A stretch of DNA of 64,000 nt. It comes from Planktothrix sp. GU0601_MAG3 (GTDB taxonomy: Bacteria > Cyanobacteriota > Cyanobacteriia > Cyanobacteriales > Microcoleaceae). The notes under the pieces are model-generated. The model saw only the letters and a list, made by a program, of their open reading frames with translations, searched no databases and had not been told where the DNA came from. Shown one piece after another: positions 21,902-34,150 of this stretch. The position numbers and the translations under genes are program-made. The stretch spans positions 3,156,578 through 3,220,577 of the forward strand of contig CP136572.1 of NCBI GenBank assembly GCA_035193785.1, given 5' to 3'. Numbering within the stretch: position 1 is the first letter of the stretch; the number at the start of each line of letters is the position of its first letter.

Positions 21902-23858
21902 ATGGCGATGAGCAATAATTGTTCTATTTTAGTTTCAGAAACTCATCAGCGAACCTATGATCGCTTACAACAGGCGCTGGGTTTACAACTGCGCCGTCAA
22001 GTTTTTATTGCTGTTTGTGATAACTTAAATCTGCGGAATCATTTGGCGCTACGATTACAAAAGGATTTATTATCTAAAAATCAGACAAATATTGCACCAC
22101 AATCTCAAATTTCTCCCGCCTTAATCAGTTTAAAACTTGATTTAAGCGATCCGAATCCCTTTCAAGCAATTACCCAATGGTACGCTCAAAATAAATCGGA
22201 TCATAGTCATCAAGATGTGATCGGATTTCAAATTTTAGGGATAGAAACATCTCACCCGTCAACCACCAGCAATGCAATGGTCATTTTTAAGGTATTTGCG
22301 AACCTTAGAAAACCATCTTGATGGCTTAGAATTTAGTTTATTGTTGTGGATTTCTACCCCTTGGTTATATTGTATTCAACAATCTGCACCGGAGTTCTGG
22401 GAGCGACGAACTGGAGTATTTGAGTGGATCAGTGATCCGACGCCTAGCGATTTGGAATCAGAGACAATTTCCTTAGATTTTGTAGAGGTTTCCCAACCGA
22501 TTGAAAGTGATAAAATATCAGATCCGGTGCAGGAAATTCTCGCTCAAATTCAGCAATTTGAGCAACAATCTGCCCTCCTTCCCCTCCGCCAAGCCTATCG
22601 CCAATTGGGAAATATTTACCGCGATCGCATTTTAGCCGGGGAGCATTCAGAACTCCACTACAACCGGGCAATTCAAGCATACGAAAGGGTTTTGGAAATT
22701 ATCCCAAAACTAGAACCTTTGTTAGATTCCCCCGGGGATAACGATGATTCTATTGATATTTTTAATGATTTAGGAACCCTATATTGGATGGAGTTTCGTC
22801 AGAAATTACAAGATAATTCAAAATCTCCTAATTTGCTGTGTTATTTAGAAAAAAGTATTATTTTCTATCAAAATGCCTTAATGAAAATCGATCCCGAAAT
22901 TCAACCCAGTTTATATATAAAAATCCAAAAAAACCTAGGAACTGCTTACACAGATTTAGCAAATTGGCAAGATAATATTAAAAATTTAGAACAATCAACT
23001 ATTGCCTATAAAGAAGCATTATCTTATCTAAATTCAAACGTTTCTGAAATCAATGCCTCCCGGATTCAAGACTATGCTACTATTCAAAATAATCTAGGAA
23101 CAACCTATTGGAAATTAGCCCAAAAAACCCAACCCATTCCCCATCTCAAAGCCGCTATTGTCGCTTATACCGAGGCAATGGGATTTTATACCCCCCAACA
23201 AGATCCCCTGAATTATGCCTTGCTACAAACCAATTTAGGGACAGCCTATTGGACATTAAGCCAACATCAGCCCTCGGCTAAATTACTATTACAAGCCATT
23301 CATGCCTATCATCAAGCCCTAACCTATCGGACAACCGCCTCCGCCCCGATTGCCTGTGCAGCCACCTATAATAACTTGGGTATCGTCTATTGGCATTTAG
23401 CGAACCACTATCAAAAGCCGGAAATTCGGGCTAAATTCTTAAAAAGGGCGATCGCAGCCTACCAAAAAGCCCTCTCGATTGTGGCCGATCTGAGTCCAGC
23501 CCAACTCAATTTTGATCCCTTAGCAACCCATAATAACCTGGGGCTGACCCACTACCAACTGGCCACCGACTCCAATTTGAATCTCGAAAAAAAGACTCGA
23601 ATTGCTTACTTAAAAGCTGCACTTAGACATCATGTTAAATCCGTAATTAGTGAAGCTCAACAGCCAGAAAAAAAACAGCCTAACCTGGGTGTTCCGGCTG
23701 ATTCCAAAACCACCGAACATCACCAAACCACCTTGGGTTATTTGCTGCGAACCATTCGCGCCTTCTATAACGAGTCGGGATTAGAAGGACAAAATCAGGC
23801 TTTATCTCAGCTTCCTGCCGATCTATTGTCTGAAATATTACCCAAGATTTGGGTCTAA
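21902..23858 (+). CDS. TPR-repeat protein (+1 frameshift at 22244-22248)
   Basis: Repeated QNNLGTxYW...AI.AY.AL helices. Confidence 0.85.
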
Positions 23859-23946
23859 GAAACAAAGACGGGGCTACCAAGCTCTCCCATGGTTTACTGT
23901 TACCGAAAAGCCGATAACCAGCCTGATTCCGATGGGGTGGGGGAAT

Positions 23947-24038
23947 TATAGCGCTACGCATTACAGTTAGGACACTTCTAAATCCCGAAACCCTTTCACA
24001 GCTTACTGATCCGGTGTTCCCTAGGGCGTAGCGCTATA
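23947..24038. mobile_element. TA-flanked MITE, copy 2 (92 bp, unexpanded)
   Basis: TATAGCGCTACGC ... GCGTAGCGCTATA; shares GTTAGGACACTTCTAAA with copy 1. Confidence 0.8.
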
Positions 24039-24215
24039 GCCCTAAACCACTGGAGAATTCGCCGATTCAGGATATTAATTGAGAGATTGTGGGTTAAACT
24101 CTGTAAAGCAATACGACTAAATTGGTGTTTTATTGGGTGTAAGTTCAAGTTTTCCATTAACATTGAGATGTCTATTTAAGATTCTGGCTCAACCCTCTGC
24201 TGAATATGCGTGGTT

Positions 24216-24909
24216 ATGGTATCTGTAAAAATCCTCGTAGTTGATGATGATCCGGCAATACGGAACCTAATAAGTCGCTATCTTAGCCAACAAGACTATC
24301 AAGTTGAAATGGCGGGTGACGGTCATTCCGCTTTGGAAAGGTTTGAACAGTTTCAATCCCGACTTGGTGGTATTGGATCTAAATTTGCCGGATACAACAG
24401 GTTTAGCATTGTGTAGGGAAATGCAAAGTCGAACCAGTGTATTTATCCTAATGCTAACCAGCGAAAAAGATCCCAAACTCGGGTTAAAGGAGGGGGCAGA
24501 TGATTTTGTGACCAAACCCTTTGATTTAGAGGAATTAAACCTTAGAATCAAAGCGATTTTGAAGCGTCAACGAAATCCAGTAGACACACAACCTAAAAAT
24601 TTAGTTTATGGGGATTTAACTATTGATCCAAATCGTCGTGAGGTCTATATTGGCGGTGAACTAATCGCCCTGAGTGCATTAGAATTTAACTTGCTCTATT
24701 GTCTAGCCCGCAAACCCGGTCGAGCATGGCGACGGGCGGAATTATTGCAAGAAGTTTGGGGTTATGAGTATGAAGGGGAGCAGCGCGTTGTTGATGTTCA
24801 TATTGGTCAGATTCGCAAAAAAATCGAACCGGACGCAGATCAACCTTCCTTTATAAAAACAATTCGGGGTGTGGGATATATGTTTGATCGGCGCACGGGT
24901 GAACGTTAA
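24216..24909 (+). CDS. OmpR-family response regulator, copy 1 (+1 frameshift at 24350-24354)
   Basis: KILVVDDD, DLNLP, GADDFVTKPF, VDVHIGQIRKKIE. Confidence 0.92.
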
Positions 24910-24988
24910 TTTTTATGGGTAATTGTCCTATATTCTTAACCGTTCATGCTCGATCATCAGTGATCAAATTCTCACGGGCTTTGTAGTT

Positions 24989-25669
24989 ATGAATATAGCA
25001 AAGATTCTTGTAGTTGATGATGATCCGGCCATACGGAATTTAGTTAGTCGCTATCTTCGTCAACAGGATTACCAAATAGAGGTAGCGGCCGATGGTAAGA
25101 CGGCCTTGAAAGTTTTTGAAAAGTTCAATCCCGATTTAGTTATCTTGGATTTGAATTTGCCAGATACAACGGGTTTAGCATTATGTCGAGAAATGCAAAA
25201 TCAAACCCATGTTCTGATCCTGATGCTCACCAGTGAACAAGATCCCAAACTAGGGTTAAAAGAAGGGGCGGATGATTTTGTAACCAAACCCTTTGATTTA
25301 GAGGAGTTAAGTCTGCGAATCAAGGCAGTTTTAAAACGCCGGATGTCAATACCTAACTTAGAGCACCGGAATTTAACCCATAGGGATTTAACTATTGATT
25401 CTAATCGCCGAGAAGTTTATCTTAAAGGAGAATTAGTAATATTAAGTTCCTTGGAGTTTGATCTACTTTATTGTTTAGCAAGTAAACCTGGTCGAGCTTG
25501 GAAACGCACGGAATTGCTACAAAAAGTTTGGGGTTTTCAAGACGATAGTGGCGAAGGGGGACGGGTGATTGATGTTCATATTGGTCAAATTAGAAAGAAA
25601 ATTGAACCCGATCCGAAAAATCCTTCTTTTATTCAAACCGTTAGAAGTGTTGGCTATCGTTTCGATTAA
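24989..25669 (+). CDS. OmpR-family response regulator, tandem paralog
   Basis: Same motifs; highly similar to copy 1. Confidence 0.92.
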   Translation: MNIAKILVVDDDPAIRNLVSRYLRQQDYQIEVAADGKTALKVFEKFNPDLVILDLNLPDTTGLALCREMQNQTHVLILMLTSEQDPKLGLKEGADDFVTKPFDLEELSLRIKAVLKRRMSIPNLEHRNLTHRDLTIDSNRREVYLKGELVILSSLEFDLLYCLASKPGRAWKRTELLQKVWGFQDDSGEGGRVIDVHIGQIRKKIEPDPKNPSFIQTVRSVGYRFD

Positions 25670-25759
25670 CAGACAAAATTATCAGTATAATGTTTGTGGT
25701 TTATTGTCTACTCCGTTCCACCTGCTATCTACGTCCTGTCTTCTGTCCCATGTTCCACT

Positions 25760-27740
25760 ATGCCTAAGTTGGGTCAATCGTCGTTTCGCCGGATTTTACT
25801 GTCGCAGATTTTACTGCTGAGTCTTCCTGTGCTGCTTGTGGGAGAATATGTTACCTATAGAAAGGCGCGTTCTGGTTTACTGGAAACAGCCCGATTAAAT
25901 TTAACAGAAAGTGCCAGTAGAAAAGCACAAACTATTAATAAATGGATTAATTTTAACAAGTCCGGTTTGACGATTGCCACCAATAATATTGTTTTACAAC
26001 CTGACAAACCTCAACGGTATTCTGTGCTGCTTTCCCAACTTCAGGAGCAGTTTTCTCCCTTGGTTAGTTGTCTGCAATTGACTAATTTACAAACAAAACA
26101 ACTGGTAGCCAGCACCTGTGGAAAACAGCCTATCTACTCCATTTCTAAAAACTTTTGGCCGTTAAAGAAACCGCAAAATCCCGAGATTTATATTAACTAT
26201 TTGGCTCCTAGGCTTGAGCAAAAAAATTCAGAATGGCGAAACCAAATTAAATTGGTATTTAACTCTCCAATTTATCTCAACCAAAATAATACAAATCAAT
26301 TAAAATATGTCTTAAGTCTGCAATCAACTTTATATTTAGAATCGCAAGAACGTCCCAAATCTTTAACGGGATTTACCGTTATTATTGATCAAGGAGGCAC
26401 AATTATTAGTCATCCAAGTTTGAATAAATTGGGACAAAATATTCGGGAGCAAGCGGATGCTAATCGACTCAGCAATTTATTATCTAATGCGTTAGAGAGG
26501 GAAAAAAATTCTTTTATTCATTTATTTTCTTTTGACCAATCGGGGAGAGAACTGTTGGCGGGATATGACTCAATTACTAGCCCGATTACCTCAGAAAAAA
26601 ATGAGCAATGGGTGATCTTAGCCGTCGTTGATTTACAGCAAGCTCTATCGGGCTTAAAGGATATTAAATCGTTATTAATTTCCGTGGTTTTATCTTTAGT
26701 CATTGCCAGTATTATTGCTGCGGTTTATGTTTCCAGGGATTTAGCGATTCCTTTAGAAAAATTGAGGGATTATGCCATCAAAGCCAAAAACTTAGATAGT
26801 CCGGGTAACGCTCCTGATCATCTGAAAATTCCAGAATTTAATCAGTTAGCTCAAGCTCTGAATACAATGGTGGCAAGTCTTAGGGCTAGAGCGCAAGCCT
26901 TAGAATATGCGTCCAAAGAAGCCCAAGTTGCTAATCAATTAAAAAATGAATTTCTGCGAGTTGTTTCCCATGAATTAAGAACTCCTTTAAATGGGATTAT
27001 TAATTCAATTAGTCTGATTCAAGATGGTTTATGTGATACCAAAGCCGAGGAGGAAGAATATCTCAAAATTGCCTCGGATTCCAGCCAACATCTATTAAAT
27101 TTAGTTGATGATATTTTAGATATTGCTTTAATTGAAGAAGGCAAGTTATCTGTGATGATTGAACCAACGGATTTAATGCAAATTGTGAAAGATGCGGTGA
27201 ATTTGCAAATGTTGGATATTCAACAAAAAAACTTAACAATTGACTTACCTACCCCCGATAAACCGATTATTGTTGAGGCTGATCCTGATAAGTTAAAGCA
27301 AGTTTTTATTAATATTCTGAATAATTCTGTTAAGTTTACTAAATCGGGAGCAATTATCATTTCCACCCGGATTGAATTTGCCACCAATTCTCTAATTGAG
27401 ATGCAGAATAATACCGCCTCAAAATCCACAACCCCGCGATATCAAGTGGTCATCACCATTACCGATACTGGAATTGGTGTGGCGTTAGGACATCAGCAAA
27501 AAATCTTTGAACCCTTTGCGATGGCCGATGGTTCGACCACAAGGGAATTTGGGGGAATTGGATTGGGTTTAGCCATTGCTCGCCGTTTAATGCAAATGAT
27601 GGGGGGTTTTATTACCCTGGATAGTCCCGGCTTAAATCTCGGAAACCAGTGTAATGATTAGCATTCCCCTATCGGATACAACGGTTAAATCACCTTCAAC
27701 TCAAAGCTCTGTTCCTTCCCATCCCGTGATAGTCGAATAG
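25760..27740 (+). CDS. Membrane sensor histidine kinase (Cache-HAMP-HisKA-HATPase; +1 frameshift at 27642-27646)
   Basis: Two TM segments, SHELRTPLN, N box, DTGIG, GIGLGL. Confidence 0.92.
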
Positions 27741-27752
27741 GAATTAAAACTG

Positions 27753-28757
27753 CTATAAATTTATAGGTTGTCCCCCCTGTTTTAAAGATTCACTCAACCC
27801 GCACAAAATATTAACTAATTCCGCACCCACCCAACCGGATGAAATCGGGGAAGGTTGACAATTTTGAATAGAATTCAGAAAATGATCACAAACTTGGGCT
27901 AGGGGTTCCCGGGGTGCAATTTCAATCACTTCTTGATTTAATCCGGTGGCTTTCCAAGTATTATCAATAACATCAAAATAACCCCGTTGCATCGTCAGGG
28001 GAGATTCCGATTTGAGTTCATCAAAAATTAAAGTTCCCTGACTTCCCACCACGGCTAAACGACGTTGTTTGTCTGGGTTTAACCAACACAAATGTAGAAA
28101 GGCTTCAAACCCACTGGGATAGGTTAAATTAGCAATTACTAAATCCGATAATCCCGATGCGGGTTGTAGCCAAACCGTTCCCGTGGCTTTCACTTGCATC
28201 GGTTTTTCCCCTAACCAACTATTAAAAATTCCAATATCATGGATCGCTAAATCCCATAAGGCATCCACATCTTGCCGCACCGGTTCTAAATGGGTTCGGG
28301 TGGCGTAACCATATCTTAATTCCCCTAATTTCCCCGATTCAATCACGGTTTTTCCCTGTTCTACCGCCGGATGAAATAAATAAGTATGATCGACAAAAAG
28401 TTGTAGCTGTTTTTGTTGCGCGAGTTCACATAATTCCCGGGATTCAGTTACACTCAGGGTTAATGGTTTTTCGGTAAAAACATGAAAACCCTGGGCTAAG
28501 GCGTCGGAAATCAAAGCAAAATGTGTGGCCGCAGGGGTGGCGATCGCAACTGCATCTAAATCCGGTAAATTCCAAATTTTTGAACTATCGGTCGCTAAAA
28601 TTATCTCGTCGGGTAGTTGAAACCGTTCTTTAACTGCTTGTAGACGGTCAGAATTGGGATCAGCGATCGCCACAACTTTAGAATTAGGGTGTTGATGAAA
28701 ATTGCGAATTAAATGAACTCCCCAACGACCAGCACCAAAAATAGCAATATTAATCAT
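27753..28757 (-). CDS. Gfo/Idh/MocA family oxidoreductase
   Basis: GAGRWG, EKP and DLAIHD motifs. Confidence 0.9.
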   Translation of the reverse strand: MINIAIFGAGRWGVHLIRNFHQHPNSKVVAIADPNSDRLQAVKERFQLPDEIILATDSSKIWNLPDLDAVAIATPAATHFALISDALAQGFHVFTEKPLTLSVTESRELCELAQQKQLQLFVDHTYLFHPAVEQGKTVIESGKLGELRYGYATRTHLEPVRQDVDALWDLAIHDIGIFNSWLGEKPMQVKATGTVWLQPASGLSDLVIANLTYPSGFEAFLHLCWLNPDKQRRLAVVGSQGTLIFDELKSESPLTMQRGYFDVIDNTWKATGLNQEVIEIAPREPLAQVCDHFLNSIQNCQPSPISSGWVGAELVNILCGLSESLKQGGQPINL

Positions 28758-28825
28758 AAGAAATTATAAAGATGGGGAATGGGGAATAGTAATTTATTTT
28801 TTGATTTTGATCATAGAAACAATAA

Positions 28826-29557
28826 TCATTTAATTCCGGCGGTTTTTTGAGTTTCGACCACGGAAAGAAAAGCCACTTCCGCCGCCGCCTGTTCCGCCGC
28901 CTTAATCGAGCGTCCGGTACCCTCCCCCAGTTGACGACCTTGTAACCAAACCACCGCCGTAAAACGCCCCTCATCATTATGAATTTGGCGATTTTGCTGG
29001 ACTTTATATTCAGGTAAAACTTTATAATGGCTTTGTGTCCATTCCTGTAGAGCCGCTTTATAATTATTCCGGGCTGGATCACGAATAATTTTGGCGGCGC
29101 GATCGCGAAAATGGGAATCTAACCAAGGACGAATTAAAGTTAAATTCTGGCTACTCAGATATAAACTCGCCAAAACCGCTTCAAAACAGTCCGCTAGACG
29201 GGATTCTTCCCCCGCCTTGTCCCGGATCGCGCTCCCAGCGGCCAGTAAAAACGTACCAAACCCATACTGATCGGCAATTTCTGCTAAAGTGCGATCGCTC
29301 ACCAAAATCGAACGAATTGCCGCAAACTCCCCCACTGGACAGTCAGGATAAACTTCATAGAGCAACTCAGAAGCCGCCAATCTCACCACCGAATCCCCGA
29401 CAAACTCCAATTGTTCATAATTGGCCTCGGCTGAGAGTGTCGGGTGAGTGAGGGCCAAGTCTAACAAATCCCATCGAATCGGGAGATGAGCCGGGAGCCC
29501 CAAACGTTGAATCAGCTTTTGCAACTGGCGTTTTCGATTGGGATAGCCAATAGTCAT
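28826..29557 (-). CDS. rnc: Ribonuclease III
   Basis: ALTH, YEQLEFVGD, LADCFEA, C-terminal dsRBD. Confidence 0.93.
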   Translation of the reverse strand: MTIGYPNRKRQLQKLIQRLGLPAHLPIRWDLLDLALTHPTLSAEANYEQLEFVGDSVVRLAASELLYEVYPDCPVGEFAAIRSILVSDRTLAEIADQYGFGTFLLAAGSAIRDKAGEESRLADCFEAVLASLYLSSQNLTLIRPWLDSHFRDRAAKIIRDPARNNYKAALQEWTQSHYKVLPEYKVQQNRQIHNDEGRFTAVVWLQGRQLGEGTGRSIKAAEQAAAEVAFLSVVETQKTAGIK

Positions 29558-29610
29558 AGATTTTGGTAGTAAAAGCAAAAATGGGACTCAATGTAGGGGC
29601 AGAAATCAAG

Positions 29611-29988
29611 GGGAGTTCAGAGTCAGACATAAGCCGGGTTCTGTTGTTGGTGGCTAGAATTAGCACACCAACGGCGATTATCTATCTGGGATGTCTGTTA
29701 CCAAACACCTCTAGCGGTACCACTATTAACGGAACGGGAAAAAAACCAACCCTAGTTCCTCCGACCTTGCTCCCAACCGGGGTTTACCGAGCCAACGCCT
29801 CACGACGTTGCTGGTGCGCTCTTACCGCACCTTTGCACCCTTACCCGAAGGCGGTATTTTTCTGTGGCACTATCCTCACGATCGCTCGCACTGGGCGTTA
29901 CCCAGCAGGTTTGGTCTTTCGGGAGCCCGGACTTTCCTCAGACTACTTACTATAGTCCGTAATCGCCTGCGCTGACTATGAACCCCCC
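29611..29988 (-). ncRNA. rnpB: RNase P RNA (type A)
   Basis: GAGGAAAGTCCGGGCTC, AGTGCCACAGAAA, GGTAAACCCC and ACAGAACCCGGCTTA; P1 formed by the two ends. Confidence 0.97.
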
Positions 29989-30008
29989 TATCCCATACTA
30001 CTGCAAAA

Positions 30009-30180
30009 TCAGTCATCAGTTATCGGTTATCAGTAATCAGTGTAAAGACGTGCCGTGGCGCCTCTCTACTCAGTTAGGAGGCAATCTAAAGTTATAATTC
30101 ATTAGTAAAGTCCCGATTTTATTTATTTCACTGACGACCGATAACTGATAACGGATAACTGTTTACCGATCACTGATTAT
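30009..30180. repeat. Degenerate STRR arrays (TCAGTTA/ACTGATA-like) around a REP-like GTAAAGACG...TCTCTAC hairpin
   Basis: Tandem 7-mers in opposite orientations at the two ends of the intergenic region. Confidence 0.6.
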
Positions 30181-30181
30181 T

Positions 30182-32129
30182 GTGAGTATTTTAAGAATTT
30201 TAAGAATTAATAAATTGAGCAATAAGTGGCTTGATCTATCGGAGATTTCTGCCGTAATTATCGCCACAATTCTTGTGTTATCTGTACTCTTGGGAATTTA
30301 TTATTTAGGTTGGTTACAACCCTTAGAATTAGTCGCCTATGATCAACTGGTTAGATTGCGTCCGGCTTTAGCAACTGATCCCCGATTAGTGGTCATTGGA
30401 ATTAACGAAGAAGATATTCAAAAACTCGAGCGTTGGCCCCTGTCCGATGAAGTGATTGCACGATTATTAGAAAAACTATCTGAATATAAACCGAAAGTCA
30501 TTGGTTTAGATATTTATCGTGATATTAGATATGAGCCCGGATATGATAAATTTCAGAAACAACTGCAAATTTCCGATAATGTAATTGTGATTAGTAATTT
30601 AGGATATAGTGAAATAAAAAGAATCCCGGCACCGCCTAATATTTCTGAGGAACGAGTCGGTTTCAATGATTTATTGCTTGACCCCGATAATGTTATTCGT
30701 CGAAATTTGATGTTTGCTAGTACCCCAGATGGCACTTTTTATTCATTTTCTCTAAGAATAGCATTGCAGTATTTATTATCCCAAGGAATTACACCTGATA
30801 ATAATCCAGTAGATCCTAATATTATTACTTGGGGAAAGGCTGAATTTTTCCCGTTATCTCGCAATTCCGGCGGTTATCAAACTATTGATGATCGGGGCTA
30901 TCAAATTCTATTAAATTATCGGGCTGCTGATCATATTGCCCGAATGATTAGTTTAACAGAATTTTTAGATCAAACCATTCCTAAAAGTTGGATTGAAGAT
31001 AAAATTGTTTTAATTGGGACATTAGCTCCTAGTGGCAAAGATTTATTTCTTACCCCCTATAGTCCGGCGGAAAAGAATGCCTTTAAAATGCCAGGGGTTG
31101 TCGTTCATGCCCAAATGGTGAGTCAAATTTTAGATGGGGTTTTAGGTGAGCGCGATTTATTTATTTTTTGGGAACAATGGGGAGAATTTTTATGGATTTG
31201 TAGTTGGGGTTTAATCGGAGCAACCCTAGCTTGGTCAAGTCGCAATCCTTTGATTATTACCCTAGGAAATCCATTTTTAGTCGGTGTTTTATTTGGATTA
31301 AGTTTTTTCCTATTTTTATATAACCGTTGGGTTTCCCACCACCACTCCGGGTTTAGCCCTTTTATTTACCAGTGGTACTGTTACTGGTTATCGTGCATTT
31401 CAAGCCCAACGTCAGCAACAAATTGTGATGCGATTATTAGGACAAAATACCTCACCAGAAATTGCCGATGCTTTATGGAATAGTCGCGATCGTTTATTAG
31501 ACGATGGAAAGTTACCCGGTCAAAAATTAATTGCTACTATTCTATTTAGTGATATTAGAAATTTTAGTACCGTTTCTGAAGAAATGCCCCCGGAAATCTT
31601 AATGGAATGGTTAAATGAATATTTATCCGTTTTAACCCAATGTGTCCAAACCCATCATGGTATTATTAATAAGTTCACCGGGGACGGAATTATGGCAGCC
31701 TTTGGCGTTCCCCTCCCTCGGAAAAACCGGGAATCTATTGCTGAAGATGCTTATAATGCGGTCGCCTGTGCTTTAGCTATTGAAGACTATTTAAAACAGT
31801 TAAATCAAGATTGGAAAAAGCGCAACTTCCCCGAAATTTCGATGCGAGTTGGGATTTTTACTGGCCCGATTGTCGCCGGAAGTTTGGGAGGAAAAGAACG
31901 GTTAGAATATGGTTTATTAGGAGATAGTGTTAATATTGCCTCCCGTTTAGAAAGTTGTGAAAAAGATCGACAACCGGGTATTTGTCGAATTTTAATTGCT
32001 CACCAAACTTTACAATATATTGCGGACAGTTTTGAAGTTGAATCTTGGGGACTAATACCACTAAAAGGAAGACAAGAAATGGTTGATATTTACCTGGTTA
32101 CGGGTTGGAAAGCAAGGCGAAAAATCTAA
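30182..32129 (+). CDS. CHASE2-domain class III adenylate cyclase (+1 frameshift at 31331-31335)
   Basis: IGLDIYRD, DPDNVIRR, TM helices, FSDIRNFS, NKFTGDGIMA, GDSVNIASRLE. Confidence 0.9.
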
Positions 32130-32196
32130 TTCTGACCAATACTCGTCGTATATATTGCCAGGGTTCTAATTCCTATAGATTTGAATTATTGGGTAA

Positions 32197-32267
32197 AGCG
32201 GGTGGCGGGAATCGAACCCGCATTAATAGCTTGGAAGGCTATAGTTTTACCACTAAACTACACCCGC
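32197..32267 (-). tRNA. tRNA-Gly(TCC)
   Basis: Reverse-complement cloverleaf with anticodon loop CTTCCAA. Confidence 0.95.
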
Positions 32268-32368
32268 GTTGTCTGTCACAATTTCTAACTATAGCATAAA
32301 CCTCAGAAATGTAAACCCCAGTGATCAAAGTTTTTTTTGAGGACTGGGGAACACCACCGGGACATCAG

Positions 32369-33833
32369 CTAGGAAGCCGAAGATTCAACGGTTTGCTTGG
32401 GTTTGAACTGCACCGCCAGATAATTGAGTGCCTGTTTAATAAAAGACTGTAACAAATTTGCCTGTTGATTCTCCTGAAATACGGTTTGTAGGGTTTTCTT
32501 GAGACTATCCCAATTCAAACTCGGATTGTCAGTGGCTTCTAACAGCAGAGACTGGGCTTGGAAATACTCAATCAAACTCAACCCCGCAATTCGGGTTAAA
32601 TAGGCCGCGCTCACCCCCTGCACCAGACTTCCGGCGATAAACGTCACGGTATTAGTTTTCAATAACGAGGTTAGGGTTTGGGTGGAGATTTCTACCAACC
32701 CCAATTTCAACATCTGGGTGCTAATAGTTGTGGCAACTTCTTGACCTTGACTCAGGGAGAATTTCTGTTGATAAATCGCCCCTAAATCCATGACCAATTG
32801 GGCATTAACCGCCGCCGTTGCTAACATATCTAAGGCCGGAACTGGATTAGCTACCGTTGCCGCCGCCGCAATCCATTGATATTTTTCAATCAGAGGTAAA
32901 GCCTGTTCTCGACGTAATTGATTGAAAATCTCTTGTGCTTGCCGTTGCAATTCTAAGGCTTCCCGATAGGTTGTTGCTAATACTAATTTTTGCTGTTCTT
33001 GAGTTAAAATAGAGGTGAGACGGTTGATAACCGAATCTAGGATAGGTAATTGGGGTTCTAACCATTCTTGAACTGTGCCATCATCTTGATGTTGACGGAC
33101 TTTTACCCCGTTGGGAGAGGCTGCGATCGCCACAATATCTTCTGGGGATAATACCCCGGTTAATGTGGTTTTTAACTGCTGTAAAATTACAGGCTGATCG
33201 CCAATTAAATATTGATCTTGCTTATTCCAAACTAAAATTAAGCGCTGGTTATGGGCCAGCAATTCCGATATGGTTTTAAATTCGGGGTCGGTTAAATCCC
33301 CGGCGGTGACAAATAAAACCACATCCGCCGCCGTGATGGAATTGGGGAGGGCAGAATCGAGTTTCTGGAGTGGAAATTTCCGTCAAACTTAAGGTCTGAG
33401 GTTGTTGGGGCAGCCAGTCGGACTCTAGCCTTTGTAACAGGGCGGTTTTCCCCGTACCTTTATTGCCCGCAATCGTGACCCGCAAAGCCGTTCGTTGCAG
33501 TTGAGCATTGAGTTGCTCCCCTTGCTGTTGTAGGGCCTGTAAACGGTGGTTTTGAGTGGGGGATTCCGTAGCCAAACGAGCGATCAGACCTTGGGTTTGG
33601 GCGATCGCTTTTTCTACTCGAGCCTGATTTAAAGGTTCTGGAGGTGGCGACAATTGCAGGGATTCTGTCCTTTGTTGCTTAAACCACCACAGTCCAGCAC
33701 TACTGAAGGCTAAACCAAATAGCACTATTTGTCCGAGTTCAGAGGCTGAATTCTGAACACTTTCTAACAACCATAGACCGAGAGAAAGCCCGACCCCCCC
33801 AATTAAAATTGGGCGTTCCAATTTAACTGCCAT
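32369..33833 (-). CDS. DUF697/YcjF-like protein with degenerate GTPase domain (+1 frameshift at 33361-33365)
   Basis: GNKGTGKT, NKQD, NPVPALDMLA motifs. Confidence 0.78.
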
Positions 33834-34150
33834 TTTGTCCTCCGCCAACGCATCAATTAACCCTAACTTCTATGGTACTTCGACCAGGGCAATTTGTGGA
33901 ATTTTCGTTCAAAATCACCGCCACTGATCGATTTGTCAGGATTCGGGATCTTGATTAATTTAAACTTGTTAGGTTAAGTCTTTTTTTTAAACTTAATTTC
34001 CTTGAATAAATAATTAATAAAAAGCCGTTGAAATATTTGTTGACCTTGATTTTACCCCGTTTTCCAAATATGGAATAAATTTTTTACAATTTTAACCATT
34101 CAGAATTACAATAGAGATTGAGTTGATCCTACCCCCCCACGGCCTAAATT

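Noticed and set aside
29563..29955. 130-aa + strand ORF
   Set aside because: Antisense to rnpB; spurious.
32197..32267. tRNA genes as island integration sites
   Set aside because: No integrase and no duplicated tRNA 3' end were found in the window.
33950..34150. Pho box upstream of ppk1
   Set aside because: AT-rich with TTAA words but no clean 11-bp-spaced direct repeats.
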